DNA from: Lama glama
Taxonomy: Eukaryota
Length of the DNA: 64,000 bases
NCBI GenBank assembly: GCA_028534125.1
Contig: CM052817.1
Span: 70,310,001 to 70,374,000, forward strand
Direction: 5' to 3'
Of this stretch, positions 24,634-38,670 are shown in pieces. A model generated the notes under the pieces. The model was not told the origin of the DNA, did no database searches, and worked only from the letters and a program-made list of their open reading frames with translations. Position 1 is the stretch's first letter. Every line of letters begins with the position of its first letter. Position numbers and translations under genes: made by a program.

Positions 24634-25032
24634 ATAATAGCTACCATTTTTTTGAGAGTCTACCTTGTGTCAGGAACTTTATATACCATTTCCTTAAATC
24701 TTCCAGCAGATTTAATAAATTGATAAGCTTTATTCTCATTTATGAACTGCACTGACCAAGGGTCAACATATGGTAGAGCTGGGGTTTGTGGCAAGTATGT
24801 TTTGACCCCAGAGCCCTGCTCTCACAAGGGTCCACTTGGTCTTTCTTTCAAAGAAATTTCTCCTTTATTAGCTCATCTGGTCCTACAGCAACCCTGCTAA
24901 GGCGACAGGGCAGGCATCGCGTGCTCCCTTTTTACAGACAAAAACTGCGGAATAAGTGTTGTTCCCCAAGCTTATGTGGGAGAGAATCAGAAAAGCCAGG
25001 CTTCCTGATCCCCGATCTACTGCTCATTCCAT
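24634..25032 (-). mobile_element. Two adjacent MIR fragments
   Basis: 'ataatagctaccattt...' and 'cctttttacagacaaaaactg'. Confidence 0.6.
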
Positions 25033-25159
25033 AAGCACATTAAAAAAAAATTAATACCTGTAATCAAACTAGAACATTTAGTGAGAAGTGTGCTTACACG
25101 TAAGTCAGAGGACCTGCACTCTCCCAAATCTTAACTCAGCAACTAACAGTTGACAGAAT

Positions 25160-25310
25160 CTTCTGGCCCCACGACCAGTAATCAGCTCTATGGTCTTAGA
25201 CGAGTAGCTTAACTCCTTTAGGCCTCCTCACCTTCACCTGTAAAAACAAAAAGGCTGAACTAGGTGGTTCCTGAGGCTCCTTCCAGATCTAGGGGTCTGT
25301 AAGTCTATGA
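25160..25310 (+). mobile_element. MIR3 SINE fragment
   Basis: 'cacctgtaaaa...gaactaggtggttcctgaggctccttccagatcta...tctatga'. Confidence 0.65.
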
Positions 25311-25815
25311 CCCAGGACCAGTGTAGAATGACTGTGACCAACGTGGCCTGGAGACAAAAACTATTTGCTTAGATCACACCGCTGTGCAGAGAGAACCCAG
25401 GGAATGGTTTTATTTAAATTTACAGTCAGAATGGTCATTGGAACCCTTGGGACCACACCTGCAATTAACTAATGAATTTGGGCCATACAGACAAATAGGT
25501 CCTATAGCTCACTGAAGAAGTTTAATGCGAGGGAAAAATGAGGTTATCAGATGCCCTTTTGAATGTGAAACATGCTGCTTTCAGAGCTAAAGAATTACAT
25601 TTAGTTTTAATTTGAAAAAACAGAATAGCTGTTTCAACTCCCTGCTTTGTCCTATTTGTAATGCCACAACATCACACTGAAGACTTCCGGTCTCTTTAAC
25701 TCCTTTCTCTTGATCACGTTAGTGTCCTGCAATATTTTCCACCACCTCTACAACAGAGGCTGGGGGCAGTACACAGATGAACGTTGTGGGTTACTTTCTC
25801 AGTTTAGCCACAATT

Positions 25816-26039
25816 ACAATAACTGCCAACTTTTACTGAGCGCTTAGTGTATGTTAGGCCTTCCACTTAGCTCACCTCACTTAATCTCCACAACAGTCCT
25901 GGGGAAGTCAGCATCTTTTTTATAATGAGGTCACTACAGCTTTCAACTGGAGAGTTTGAGTAACCTCACCATCACACAGGCCCACAAAACTGTAAAACCA
26001 GAACCTGAACTCAGAGAGTTTGCCCTGAAGCACATGCTT
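25816..26039 (-). mobile_element. MIR SINE
   Basis: 'ttactgagcgctta...cacttaatctccacaacagtcctg...gagtaacct'. Confidence 0.7.
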
Positions 26040-26545
26040 GTGAGTGGAGTAGGCCCCCTGCGAGCAGCTCTCAGGGACAGTGCCCACCAAGCCCTCAGGA
26101 AGAGCTTGGCGTAAGATGGGCACGTGGGCCCCGGACTCAAGGAACTTGCCGGCTAGTGGGGAAAAGACCAACTCAGATCACTGTAAGTCGGATGACTATG
26201 ATGAAAGAGAAGCATGGGTGGGAGACTTGTGGTTTATCTGGCTGGGAGTGGGTGGGAGGGGAGCGCTGAGGGCAGACAACAGAGCAAGCTGTGAAGGAGA
26301 AGACAAAGATAAAAATCCACAAGGCCTACAGAGTGACGGGTGGGCAGTGGGGACAGTAGGAAAACTCCCGCTAATGGCTCAAGGCTACAGCAGCACCACC
26401 TGGAGGGCAGGAGGTTAGATCACCTAGGACCGAGACGGCATCACTTTGTCATCACTGAAGTCCCCAGTGATGACCCAGAGTGTGCAGCAGAAGGCCAAAT
26501 AATATTTAATGGGTACAATTTTCAAAGTACTAATACATTTGAGGA

Positions 26546-26765
26546 AAATAATAGCAGTTGGCATTTATTAAATCACCCTCAGGTGCCCGGCATGGTTCTA
26601 AGCACTAGGCACGTGTTAGCAACCCTAAGTCCCAGGTAACATTAAACCTCTCAGGTGACGTAGGAGAAACTGAAGCACAGAGAAGACCGAGCTTCCTCAC
26701 TGGTGAGTGACAGATTTGAATCCAGGCAGTCTGACCCACAGCCCTTCCTGTTAACTATCACTTTG
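26546..26765 (-). mobile_element. MIR SINE
   Basis: 'catttatt...ttctaagcact...gaaactgaagcacagagaag...gatttgaatccaggcagtctgac'. Confidence 0.75.
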
Positions 26766-28709
26766 TGTAAAGTTTTCATTCAGCAGGGATGCCTGTATAC
26801 CCCAGAGAGTAAACCTTTCTGGATAACTAAGCAATTCACTTATTAATATTTTGAATTTATGTTTTTGATACTCTGTTTACAAAAACGTCGGGTTACACAC
26901 AGATGAAATGGTTTCTGACTTCACTGAACACATACATGTTCTCACACACTAATAAAGTCACTTCAACTTTCACCACTGCAGTTTAGACAGATTTAAAGGA
27001 GGCAATCATATAGTAATACTAGGAATATGTTGGCGTAGAAGCATTAATATCAGATTATTGCTGAAAAGAAGTGAAATGTCTATTTCCTGTGAGACACAGA
27101 TCCTTTCATATCTTCCCAGTTTGTAAATCTGCGGTTGAAGAACAATGAAATACAACACCAAATACCACATTAAAACAAAACCATAATGACCAGTGTTTGG
27201 TTCCTAGAAGAAAGTGGTGCTGTTATCAGTCAGAAATGATAAATAATGCAATGAGAAAGCTTTGAGATTCTAACCCTTCCAGTCATAGGCTCAGATCTGA
27301 AGGAGTGAAACGGGCCCCCTGGTCTGCCCGGCCGAGCTGTGGGATAATGAGACTGGCTTGCAGCCACAGCTGTGGGTTCCCCCAGTCCCCAAACCCACAA
27401 GTCACCACCACAGCTTTTCTCCTGCCTCGAGGCAACCTTCAATTTCAGAAGGGCACAGAATCAAACAGAAAGCAATTAGTGTGGCAGAACCTTGAAAAGA
27501 AACCAATAGCCAGGATCTAGAGTTTTTTACAGAAAGCCAGGATTTCCTTATTTGCAGAGAGAAACAACAAGAACAATTAAAAGTCTCAAATCATGTACAA
27601 TTACTTTCAAGTCGGGTTCGGTGAAACATAAATAAATTTCATATCAGAGCTTCAGCCCAAGTCCAGTGCTGTTTGTTTGTTTTAGGGAACACTGCTTTCA
27701 TCTTTGTGGAGGATGTCATAAAAGCACATTTCAAAAAATTACCATTGGCACCCAGTTTCCTATTTGATTACATTTTGGCGCACAGCCCTGCCAGTAACAG
27801 ACAGCCCCTATCTGGGTCCCTCTGACTGGAAGGTAATCAGATGTACTGCCTACCTTTCACCACTCCCACCCACTACGCTGGAACAATCATAAATTATGGA
27901 AGCTACAAGAAGTAACTGAAATTATTTAAGAAAGCCGGTACTTTCCATTGTAGTTTGCCTCAGGCAAATTCATCAGCACCCCCCTCACCCTTGAAGCAGC
28001 GACACTAAGAGCTGTACGAGTGAGGAGCCCCAGATACCAATTACAAGCTGAGAACTAAATGCCATAATTAACGGGACATACACTTTAATCTAAAACAAGT
28101 CAAAAATGTTGCTGGATAAAGAAAAAAGTAAAGCAAAGTCCATAATTATAATAAATGGGTGTACAGTGGGTAGATTTCTCCACCTATCAAACAACAAAGA
28201 TAGTTGTGTCTTTGGGAGACTAGTCAAGTGTTTTACAATTAACATTTGACTCTGATGAAGATCTCGCTTTAACACATACACAGGTCAGTTTTACACTTGA
28301 ACCTCAGAGATGTATACACATACCACCCCACACCAATTTCAAGTGGACTCTTACAACAAGATTATCTACCCTCTTCATAATCACCATTTGGATGAAATGT
28401 CTTATGTGTATTTTTCTGACATACAGCTTCCCTGTTTATGTTGTTCCTTGCAGATTAGTTGCTGGCTAAATGTACTTGCTATTTTTCTTACCTGCTCTTT
28501 TGTGCTTTCCCTGGAAATCGTTTCATTTCAACAAGCTTCTTTTCGGAAATCAATCCTATATGCCTTAACTCTTCATCGAGAGCAATGCTCATGTTCCCCT
28601 TAGTGGCCTTCTAGAATGTGTGTCAAAAATATTATCACACCCACATCCTGGAGGGTTTGTTTTTCTTTGTCTTAATAAAGAGTGGTGAGTACATTTGGGG
28701 AAAGATAAG

Positions 28710-28783
28710 AAGGAGGAGGAGACAGACAGAAACAGAGAGAGAGAGAGAAAGACAGAAACAGAGAGAGAGAGAGAGAAAGACAG
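28710..28783. repeat. (GA)n/(GACA)n purine-rich microsatellite
   Basis: Direct reading. Confidence 0.9.
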
Positions 28784-29399
28784 AACCATTCTCTGATCAT
28801 TTTAAGAGCTTCTGCCAGGATCAGGGTGATATGAAAAGGGGAAAATAGACCGATAGGCGAAGGGCTTTGTGATCACAAAATGAGTGTGTCAAGGTTAAAG
28901 TATTCGTCTAATCCCAGGCTGCAGGAGGAGAGCTAATGAAGTCCTTCCATGCAGTTTTATTCACCAGCTTGCTCTTGACAAATGGAAACAGGAGTGCAGT
29001 CTGGAGGCCAATTACAAATCACTCTGCTGATTCCTTTAATCCCTTTGTTTCCATTTCTGATCAAAATAATTTCTTTTAGACAGTAAAAGGAAAGATCTTA
29101 TAAATAGTCTAAATCTTCAGCTTCATACAAAGGTCTTGGCTAGACTTGTTTTTTCACTTCAACCTTTTAAGCCATTGGATGACCCCTTCCTTCCACAGCT
29201 GCCTCAGAATGCTGGGAGGAAGCATTTGCTCCTGAGTGAAGTCAAGGCAGTGACGTGAACACAGCAACGCCTGCATTTTCCATGCGACTGATGAGGTCAT
29301 CAAATGACCCAAAACCTAAAAAGCAAGACCTTGCTCAAATAGCTGTTCAATCATGAACAAAATTGGAGGGAATCATCCTTCACTGTTACTATCTCCAGG

Positions 29400-29600
29400 G
29401 ATGATGAAGACAATAACCAGCATCTCCTTGGTACTTCTTACAGGCCAGGCACTGTGCTAAGCTCGTTACACTCACTCTCATTGCAGCCCTACAGGGTAAG
29501 GACTATACGTTATTTCTCAGGGAGAACTAGCTTGAAGGTAACTAGCTGACGGCCATCCAGCTGGAACATGGTAGAGCACAGACTTGAGGTCTGGGTAATG
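29400..29600 (-). mobile_element. MIR SINE
   Basis: 'gccaggcactgtgctaag...cagct...ggtagagc'. Confidence 0.65.
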
Positions 29601-29605
29601 CATCA

Positions 29606-30097
29606 TGAGGCCTAAACTTTCAAGAGTTACTTTAACGTCTTTGAGCCTCTCAGGGTCCCGAAGGCCTAAACATGATATCCCCTGCTCTCACTAGACAGGC
29701 CCACCCTGACCTAGTAGGAACGGCTCCCAACCTGGTTAGTTTTCCTATTAGCTGCACCGGCTACCCCTGACCTGCTCTGCAGCCCCCTGGGATTTACCAC
29801 CCTACCAGCTTGCTAAATTAGTCAAACAAGCCAATCACATCCTCCCGCGGGAATCAGCAGGCACCACACCCTCTTGGTATCACAAAGCCTGCCTCCCACA
29901 GCCTCTTTGGTTCACTCTGCTCCCAAGTGCAACTCCCATGTGGCCCTGTATGGCATCCAGGGTCCACGCCCGCTGTGAGTATGTGTGACTAATGAACTGC
30001 TGTCTGGTGATGGGTGTCACGTGTTCTACCATATCGTTCTATTTAAGACAGAAGATCCCTCTTTCACCAATAAAGTGAACGAGAGATTGTCAGAACA
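29606..30097 (+). mobile_element. ERVL solo LTR (MER74/MER54 group)
   Basis: 'gccaatcacatcctcccgcgggaa...acaaagcctgcctcccacagcc...gctgtgagtatgtgtgactaa', ends 'gaaca'. Confidence 0.75.
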
Positions 30098-30659
30098 GGC
30101 AAGTGACTCCACCCCTGAGAGCTTAACCAAGGCATGCACTGTCCCTTTAAACGCAGCCAGAAAGAAGGATGCTTTCTGAACCAGGAGGCTCTCTGGCAGC
30201 AGTCTTGACCTCTCTTTCCCCAGGTGTGCTCTCTCCTTCGCCCCTACCCCATTGCCAGGGTGGTGCTGCATGGGGACAGAGTCAGTGCCCATGAGGCCAG
30301 GGGGCCCGCAAGAGAGCTGTTGATGGCTGGTCAGTCCTGGTGGGATGAGAGCTGGGGCTATTGAACTGGGAGCCAAAGGCTCTGAACCAACTGCATCACG
30401 AGGCCAGATACTGTTTTCAGATAAACAAGGTCATTCCTCTTGGGCAGATCTATCACCAAGCTGGGGGACCCACAGTGAGTGACACCCTTCCTTGCTCTTA
30501 TCAAGAGAAAGAAACCACCACAATATAGAGAATGATTCTCACAGGTGGGCCTTCAGTTTCGCCCGTGTGGGTGACGTGAGGGCTTAACAGCTGAGCTGAA
30601 TCTCTCTTGTGTCCCAGACTCTAACTGTGAGCAGAGCCAAGACTTGGAGAGTTATACGG

Positions 30660-30840
30660 TGAAAAGAACACAATTCAGGTTCCAGTTTCAGCTTGAGTAT
30701 TCACTAGCAAGGTGAACTGACAGGTACTTAATGTATCTGAGCCTCAGTAACTTCATCTGTAAAGCAGATGAGGTAACGTACAAGGCTGTTGTGAAGATGA
30801 AGTAGGATAGTGAAGGTCAGGGACCCAGCACACAGTGAGG
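30660..30840 (+). mobile_element. MIR SINE
   Basis: 'tctgagcctcagt..cttcatctgtaaa...gttgtgaagatgaa...cagcacacagtg'. Confidence 0.75.
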
Positions 30841-32444
30841 TGACAACAAGGGGAGGAGTCTGGAGGTCCCCTCACTCCTTTTTGGCTCCATTCTAGGTTC
30901 TACGTAAGACTGGGTCCCTGGCTGAGTGGACATGAGTCAGCAAGTCAATGTTAATATGTGGGAGTGGTCAAGGTCTAATATTCAGGTGGTTCAGTCTGGA
31001 CAGCCAAATTCTCTCCCTCTCATCAGTTTTCTAAAATTAAACTTAGGGCTAAAGGAGTCATTTTATTTTGCGATGATATGGTTTTGGTGGCTGATATTTT
31101 ATTTGTAGTTAATGAGTGTTAATTTGGAAGAGGGATTGTTTGTTTTCAGTAGGGGCTGTCTTTGGGTAGAAAGGCAGCCCCAATTTTTTTGAAGGTCCCA
31201 TAGCAGCATATTGATGGGTCATTTGTGTATCTTAACATGCTGGGCCACCTTTGTAACCATGGTAAGACCTTGAGCCAGTCACCATTTTCTTAGCCCTCAG
31301 TTTGCTCAATTATTGGGTTAGATATGCTGTAAGTTTAATGCCAGCTCCCTGTTGAAAAGTATTATTGTAATTGACTCAGGTTTATAAGGAATGCTTCTCT
31401 ACAGTGTTACCATGTGGATTTAGAGTATTTGATTTCCAAGTATGGGGGTTTCTGATTGTGAACTTTTCGGCAGAAGATCCCCCGCCCAGTGCCATTCTCC
31501 ACTTCCATGGGGGATTCAACCTGCCTTACTACATTTGAACTGACAATACCTTTACTTAATCTCTCATCTCACTCGGATTCGTGATGAAGGTTGGAATTCC
31601 TTTGGAAGGACATTCCAGTTGGCTGCTTTCTCTTGATAGCATCAGGGAAGTTCTAAGTGTTTGGAGACCATCCAAAGTTTCATGGTGGTAGCAAGACTAG
31701 CACAATCTTTCTCCCTGCTGCTTTGGAATAACAGGCACTACCGGTGACTCACCTCAGCAGCTCTGAGGAGCCAAGTCTGTGTAGCCAAGTCAGGATCAGA
31801 CTATTTCCTCAGAACAGGGTACGCCTCGACGAGAACGGGAGGTGCAGTGAGTACCTCTGAAGCAACGCCCAAACGAAAAACATGGCCTTCTGGGCTCCCT
31901 CTGTCGTTTCTCTGAGTATTTCTCCCCGAGGGAATCAAGACTGTTTTCTTTAAGCAGAATATTCCCCGGAGTTCTGAACTGTTCCCCCACCCCCTTCTCT
32001 CTTGTGAACACAGCCCTTCCACACTGTAGCCACTGAACTAGAACGTATCATCAGTTCAGGTGTACAAACTGTTTATACCACAAGTCAAGAGAATCTCAAA
32101 GTCCAGGTGACACAGAGATTAGGTGAGTTACAGGCACAAAGCCTCACATTACTCAATTAGCTTGGCACAAGTTTAAAGCATTTGTTTCTACTCAACAAAC
32201 ATTAAACAGCCCCTTGCTGTTTCCCTCTCCCAATTGTCCCTCCCCCCATCTCAAACCCTAGTCCTTTGTATTCACTATCCTGTCTTTATTCTTGCTGAGG
32301 TTTTTAGTCTTTCATCCAAGGTTATATTTTGTTTCCTGGAAAAACAAGGGTATATTCTGTCTGGTCAACACATCAGTCCGCTTAGCTTTGGAGCAAACCC
32401 TTCCCCTGGAAGACCTCACGGACCCTGAGTCTGCCTTCTGAGAC

Positions 32445-33142
32445 TGTTCACAGGTCTCTCACTTGTTGGAACAAACCTGGTTATGGGGTTCATGTGCTCA
32501 ACACACAGCAAGCCAAGTGCTGAGATGCAGCAGAGAAAGGGTTTATTCACGAGGCAGCCAAGCAAGGAGATGGGAGAACAAGCTTCAGATCTGCTTCCTC
32601 GAAGGTGGGGGGTTTGGGATGTTTATGGGATAGAGAAACAGGGCGGTCTGAGGCTTGGGGAAAGGTAATCAGAGGTGAGAAAAAGGTGAAGTAATCAGTG
32701 TACTCTGTAGGTGTACCTGAGTTACATGTTTCTTCAGGGGGCATGTTTCAGAAGATGACAGCATTAGCATGATCTGAGGATGGAGTTTTGGCCCTCTGAC
32801 ATCAAAAGGTCATCCACTGGCCATTTTCACAGGCCCACTGGAGGGTCGGTGGTCCTAACCAGTCTTAACCGGGTGGAACTTGAACTGGACAAGCGTTGAC
32901 TCCAAGGTCCTGAAAAACAACTCAAGCAATGGTTACTAAAGTGACCGTACGTCAGAGGCGTTATCTGTAGAGGGCGGTGAAAAGAGTCTTGTGACACATT
33001 GTCTAAGCTACGTGAAGCTTGGAGGGTATGCAATTTTCAGGACAATTAAAGCGAGCTTAGTCAGTGAAGGCTGGTTACAGGATATTATTTATTAAGCAAG
33101 TTATAGTTTAAGGGATCAAACGGATGACTACCCTCGGTTTCA
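32445..33142 (-). mobile_element. ERV1 solo LTR (LTR8/MER4-group-like)
   Basis: Minus strand starts TGAAACCG and ends ...AACA; AATAAA on minus at 32542-32547; 3' boundary may instead be 32464. Confidence 0.75.
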
Positions 33143-33569
33143 GGATTCAGAACAGCCTCTCTATCTCTGCGGAGTTCTCAGTCTTGATTATCCTGGATCT
33201 TCCCAGCCCACTCTGTTTACTCTTTTTCTTATCCCATGGTCCTATGCAAAGCCCCCAGTTTCTACCCTTATCCCCTGAATTAGCAGATAGCCTTCTATAT
33301 CCACATGCATGAGTTACTGGCTGCATTCAGTGGCCCCATCCTGCCCTGGCATGTCTTAACAAGGCTGTGTATCTCACAGCCTTTATAGATTTAGACCTCC
33401 TCACATCCCAGCTTCCCACCAATTTGGGCCCCCTGAAGACTTCTGAAGGAATATTAAGAGTTTTACTACAGAATTCAGAAGAGAGAGACATGAAAATATC
33501 TAACAAAATTTAAAGAGCAAGCAAAAGATCTATCCATTCATTTATTCACTCCTTTGCCTATTCCTGCAA

Positions 33570-33770
33570 GAATCATTCATTCATTCAGCTCTATGCCAGA
33601 TCCATGCTAGGCCCTGAGGAAGCAAAGGGGCCCAGAAACTCAAGTCCAGCAAAGGAGACAGACAGGCTTTGGGTTCAACCACGTGGTATGTGCCCTAGAG
33701 AGGGAGGAGAGCAAGTTCCCAGTCAGGAGAATAAGGAATCCTGTCTAAAAGGGTACATTTGAGGAGATCT
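33570..33770 (-). mobile_element. L2 3' fragment
   Basis: 'tcattcattcattca...tgctaggccctgagga...ggagacagac'. Confidence 0.6.
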
Positions 33771-34109
33771 TAAAAAAAAAAAAAAAGGCAAGGGAAAAAA
33801 AGCATGTTATAATTGTACGGGGAAGAAGGGGAGGGGTGAAACTATATATACAATCTTTTTGTTCTTTTCAAAAATTTTCCTAAATGTCCACATGCATTAC
33901 TTTGTAATTAAGGAAAAAAAGCATTGTTTACAAATTAAGATTAAAGTCAGCCCTTAATCACCCACTAATGCCACAGGGAGAGGCTGGGTTTTGGTCTTTT
34001 GCTCTATTATGTCTTTACATTCCTCAACAGTCTAATTCATTTATTTATCCTTGCCTTTATCACCCACTTTCTGTCATTTGCTTTCATGTCTGTGGCTAAT
34101 GCAGTTAAT

Positions 34110-34422
34110 ATTTGCTGAGCATTCATGTGCTTTTCTCTGTTTCCCAGATTCTCTCAGAGTTGGGTTGGGGCAACGGGCCCATGAACAGAAATAACATATG
34201 TCATGTCCAGGGTGAGTCGCTTAAAAGCCAGAGTGCCTCCCCCTTCTCTCTCGCCCAGCAACCTTGGAAGCCACGAAGTGACAAGAACCTGGATGCCTGC
34301 GTTTCTGGGAGGAGGTGAGTCCCTGCCAACTGACTTTGGACTTGGTGTGAGCGAGGAACAAGCTTCCACTGTGTGGAGCCATGTTCGTTTGTTACCACAG
34401 CATGGACTAGCCTAACCTGACT
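34110..34422 (+). mobile_element. MaLR LTR (MLT1J-like)
   Basis: 'gcaaccttggaagcca...tggactt...gtttgttaccacagcat..actagcctaacctgact'. Confidence 0.7.
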
Positions 34423-36294
34423 GCTTGGAATGAGCCTATCTCCATGGCCTTCAGCATGTAAAGAATGTATTTCTGTAAACATTTTATAAGGCTTGTATCT
34501 TGATAAGATACGAAATTCTTCTTCCAGCCTTTCCTTCTTACTACATTTCTTTCACTTCTTCTCTGTTTACATGAGTTTGAGGGTTTGTTGTTCCCACCAA
34601 GTCAGTCAGTCAACCACGATGCAGATGTCAATTGACTTGTGCAAATACATGCCAGCAAATACGTGTATCTTGCTCTGAAGTACTTCTCCAGGTAAAACCT
34701 AACAGAGTTCTTTCAGATCAGGTCCCTCTGCCCACATGAACCCAGGGTCCTTGCCCACTGTGGAGTATCACGCCCTCAGCCCCGCCCAAGAGAGAAGTCT
34801 CCTGGGTGAAAACTATGAATGCAGTTAGGCCCCAGGCTATACCACTGCAAGAGGCAGTGCCCATGTATGACAGATTAGAGACAGTAGTGACACGGTTTTG
34901 CACTCACGCCTCTTCCCTGCCTGCTCCTGCCCCATCCTGTTACGTGCCCAGCATTGCACTGAAAGCCCCTTCAGCTGACTGGAATGCCATAGGAATCTCT
35001 ACTGGTATTTCTCCCGATGCTGTAGAGTTTCTCTACTGATACTTTCTTCATCCACTTTTTCATATGTATGTGTTTGTATAGATATGTGTGTATATATGTA
35101 AATACTTTTTACAATGTTTCTTTGTCAGGAAAGAATAAATTAAATCACCTCATTGACCTTGCTACATAATTTGCTGCAAAGTACAGGATTTTACCAGTTA
35201 ACACCTACTACCTTATAACATCATGACTTACCATCTGAGATTATATTAAATAAATGCTTTATTTGCCTTTGAGTAATCATAATAAATCATATCATACAAT
35301 TCAATACTTATCATTGTTTGATTAAGAAGTCATCCTTTCCATTTCACCTGATCTTGCCCAGTTTCCAGCATGATCTGCTGCTTAAAGCTCAAGGGAAAAG
35401 TAATTAATGACTATAAACATATGACAAAACATTCAAGAGCTACACTTTGAAGATATTTTTCTCCAGTCAAAAGTTATTTAAACCAAGAGGGAAAAACCCT
35501 TTGACAAACACTTCCCTCATTTATTTAACTTCTGTTACAGGGCTTTCTCATTTTGTTGAGAAAGTTTTCCTCTGCTTTTCCCGTAAAAGTGCATCAGTTT
35601 CTCTAGAAACAAGAATGTCACTAATTTGGGAAAAGCTGAGAAATGTCCAGACAAACTGTAGTATACAGTAAATTCCTACAATGTTTTGAAATGTATCTCC
35701 TGGTTTGATTAATCAAAGTCTTTCTAGAAGGCGTTGTCTCTATATCTCTGATACAAATTCGACAGACTGTACTCTCACATTTGAGTCTACCCCAACCTAT
35801 ACTATACGACCCTGATAAAATATTTCCTGAGAGCTAAAACCCTTCCTTAAATTTTGCTGCATTGCTTGATTATTTTGAAAAATGGCAGCTGAATTAAAAG
35901 AACTGTTTACTCCTAGAGCAAAATGCAACCGCCAGTATTCTGGACTCAAATGTGTTTGTTTTATTTGGTTCAAAATATATTTTTTTTAAAAGATTCACTG
36001 AGATTGGCTCTAAAGAGCCTCAAATCAGGGCCTGTCCGAGGTGAGTGAACATAGATGAGAGGATGCAGAGATGTCTTGACCAACTGTCTCTCTCTGTGGC
36101 TTTTGAACAAAATGAAATTGAAACCTCCCATCCAATCTTTAGTGAAACGAGAGCTCTTTGAAACTTAGACCTCGGCTGTCTCTGGGTCCTACGCAAACTC
36201 CCTTAGCTAACCTGAAGCAGAAGACTCTGTATTATTCCAGATGATAATTTATGTGCAATCCGCCTTTATTGCTGTTTGCTAAGCAAGGTTATAA

Positions 36295-36416
36295 TTTATT
36301 CATTCAATTGTCAGATATTTACCAAGTGTTTACTATGTATCAGGAACTGTCCTAGGGGGTTGGGAATACAGCAATGATAAGAAGAGATTAAAACCCCAAA
36401 CCCCATAGAGCTTATA

Positions 36417-36447
<31 letters not shown>

Positions 36448-36575
36448 TCCTGGATAAAATAAGTAAAATAAAATATATGGTGATAATTGCTATGGATGAA
36501 AGTAAAGAAAGGGAGGTGTTGGAGAATGTTGCGGGGAGGCTGCAGCTTTAGGGAGGATGGCTAGGATCCTCATCT
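36295..36575 (-). mobile_element. L2a 3' end with internal (TA)n
   Basis: 'tcattcaa...atatttaccaagtgtttactatgt...gggaatacagcaatga'; (TA)n at about 36423-36447. Confidence 0.75.
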
Positions 36576-36877
36576 TTATTATGTAACATCCTTCAGGGTT
36601 AAAAGGTTACCAGGGTTTGTATCCAGAAGAACCTCTATAGATGTATTGAACTGGGTTTCACCAAATCTACTACCAAAATACTTCATACAAATGGATGACT
36701 TTCTCTAGTTTTGATTTTTCTAATTTTCTAATTGTTTAATTCTTGTTGAAGTATACATAAAACAACGATATTTTCAGTCTCTATTAAAGTTTCAATGTGG
36801 TATAGCTGATCAATCATCCATTTCACAAACACTTACTGAGCACCTGCTATGTGTCACTCATCATTACATCATTACAA

Positions 36878-37392
36878 TATATTGATGAGGATACTTTCAG
36901 CTGCATATAAAAATAAAGGTGACTCAAAATAGCTCAAACATAAAGGAAATGTTTTGGCTCATGAACTAAAAAGTGCAGAGATGGGGCTGGTCTCTGGCTG
37001 GGCTTGATCCAGTAGCTCAGCGATGTCAAACAAGGAGCCTGTTTTCTTGCCACCTATTTTTCTGCTCTGCTTTCTGTGGTTTCTGCATCATCCCCTGCTG
37101 GTCCCAAGACGGCTGCCAGCAACTCCCAGAGAGATTCATTCCCCCTATAATTCCCAGCAAAAGTCTGAGAATCAATCTGATTGGGCCAGCTTGGGTTACT
37201 TGTTCACCTTTAAGCCAATACTGTGGCCAGAGGAAGGAACACAGTGACAGGCTTAGCCCAGACCATGTGTGTCACCCCCAAGCCACCGCTTTAGTTAGCC
37301 TCCCTGAAACCACATGATCTACAAGTGGAAAATGGATCCTACTGAGGAGAAAGAATTTGGGAATAAATGCCAGGAATACAGTGTTCACTACA
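36878..37392 (-). mobile_element. MaLR LTR (MLT1K-like)
   Basis: 'gcttgatccag.agctca', 'aagacggctgccagca', 'tctgattgggccagcttggg', ends 'cactaca'. Confidence 0.75.
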
Positions 37393-37690
37393 TCTGAAGT
37401 CAGGATTTAAAGATGAAGCTGGCATACTTCCTGCCTTCAAATAATTTTTAAAACTTATTCCTAAATTTTTCCAAACCATTTATTCATGATGCTCTTTTCA
37501 TTCTTCTTATTCATTTTCAAACCCAACAGAAATATAGTTTGAGATGGGTAATAAATAATTAACAAATACATAAATAAGAACATACGCATGTGGTGTGTCT
37601 TCCTGTCCAGAATCCAGGCTATATATGCAGCTAGCTCCATGTGACCTGGTTCCCTGAAACCTATGCCATGTGGATGTGAGAAAGGAATGG

Positions 37691-38064
37691 ACCATCATCA
37701 CAGAAATGCAAATCAAAACCACAGTGAGATTATCACCTCATGCATGATAGAACAGCTATCATCAAAACGACAACAAATAACGAGTGTTGGTAAGGATGTG
37801 GAAAGAAGGGAATCCTTATGCACTGCTGGTGGCCCTGTAAACTGGTGCAGCTACTATGGAAAACAGTATGGCGGGTCCTCAAAAAACTGAAACTAGAACT
37901 ACCATACAATCCAGCAATTTCATTTCTGTTTCAAAGAAAAAAAAACACTAATTTGAAAAGATATATGTACCCCCATGGTCATCGCAGCATTATTTACAAT
38001 AGCTAAGATATGGAAACAACATAAGTGTCCATTGACGGATGAATGGCTAAATGTATATATACAC

Positions 38065-38107
<43 letters not shown>

Positions 38108-38670
38108 ATACACACACTGGTATATATGTATAATGGGATATTCTTCGATCAAAAAAAAGAAATCTTGCCATTTGTGACAACATAAGTGAACCTCACGGAC
38201 ATTACGCTAAGTGAAATAAGTTAGAGAAAGACAAATACTGTATGATCAATTTATATGTGGAATCTAAAACAACAACAACTAACCAAACTCATAGAGAACA
38301 GATTGGTGGTTGCCAGAGGTGGGAGGTGGGGAAGGGTGTGAAAAATGGGTGAAGGGTGTGAGGGGTAAAACTTCCAGTTATAAAGGTAAATAAGCCCTGG
38401 GAATGTAATGTACAGCATAGTGGCTATAGTTAATAATACTGTATTACATCTTTGAAAATTGTTAGAAGAGTAGATCTTAAAAGTTCTCATCACAAGGAAA
38501 AAAATGTGTAACTGTGTAAGGTGACAGATGTTAACTAGACTTATTATGGTGATCGTTTCACAACATGTGCAAATACCAAATCATTCTGTTGTGCACTTGA
38601 GACCAATATAATGTTATATGTCAATTACAGTTCAATTTAAAAATAAATTAAATTTAAAAACTGAAAAAAA
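37691..38670 (+). mobile_element. L1 (L1MA9-like) 5'-truncated, ORF2 end plus 3' UTR, with internal (TG)n
   Basis: Frameshifted ORF2 C-terminal peptides (HCWW..KLVQLLWKTVWR); 3' UTR 'agagtagatcttaaaagttctcatcacaag'; A-rich tail. Confidence 0.9.
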
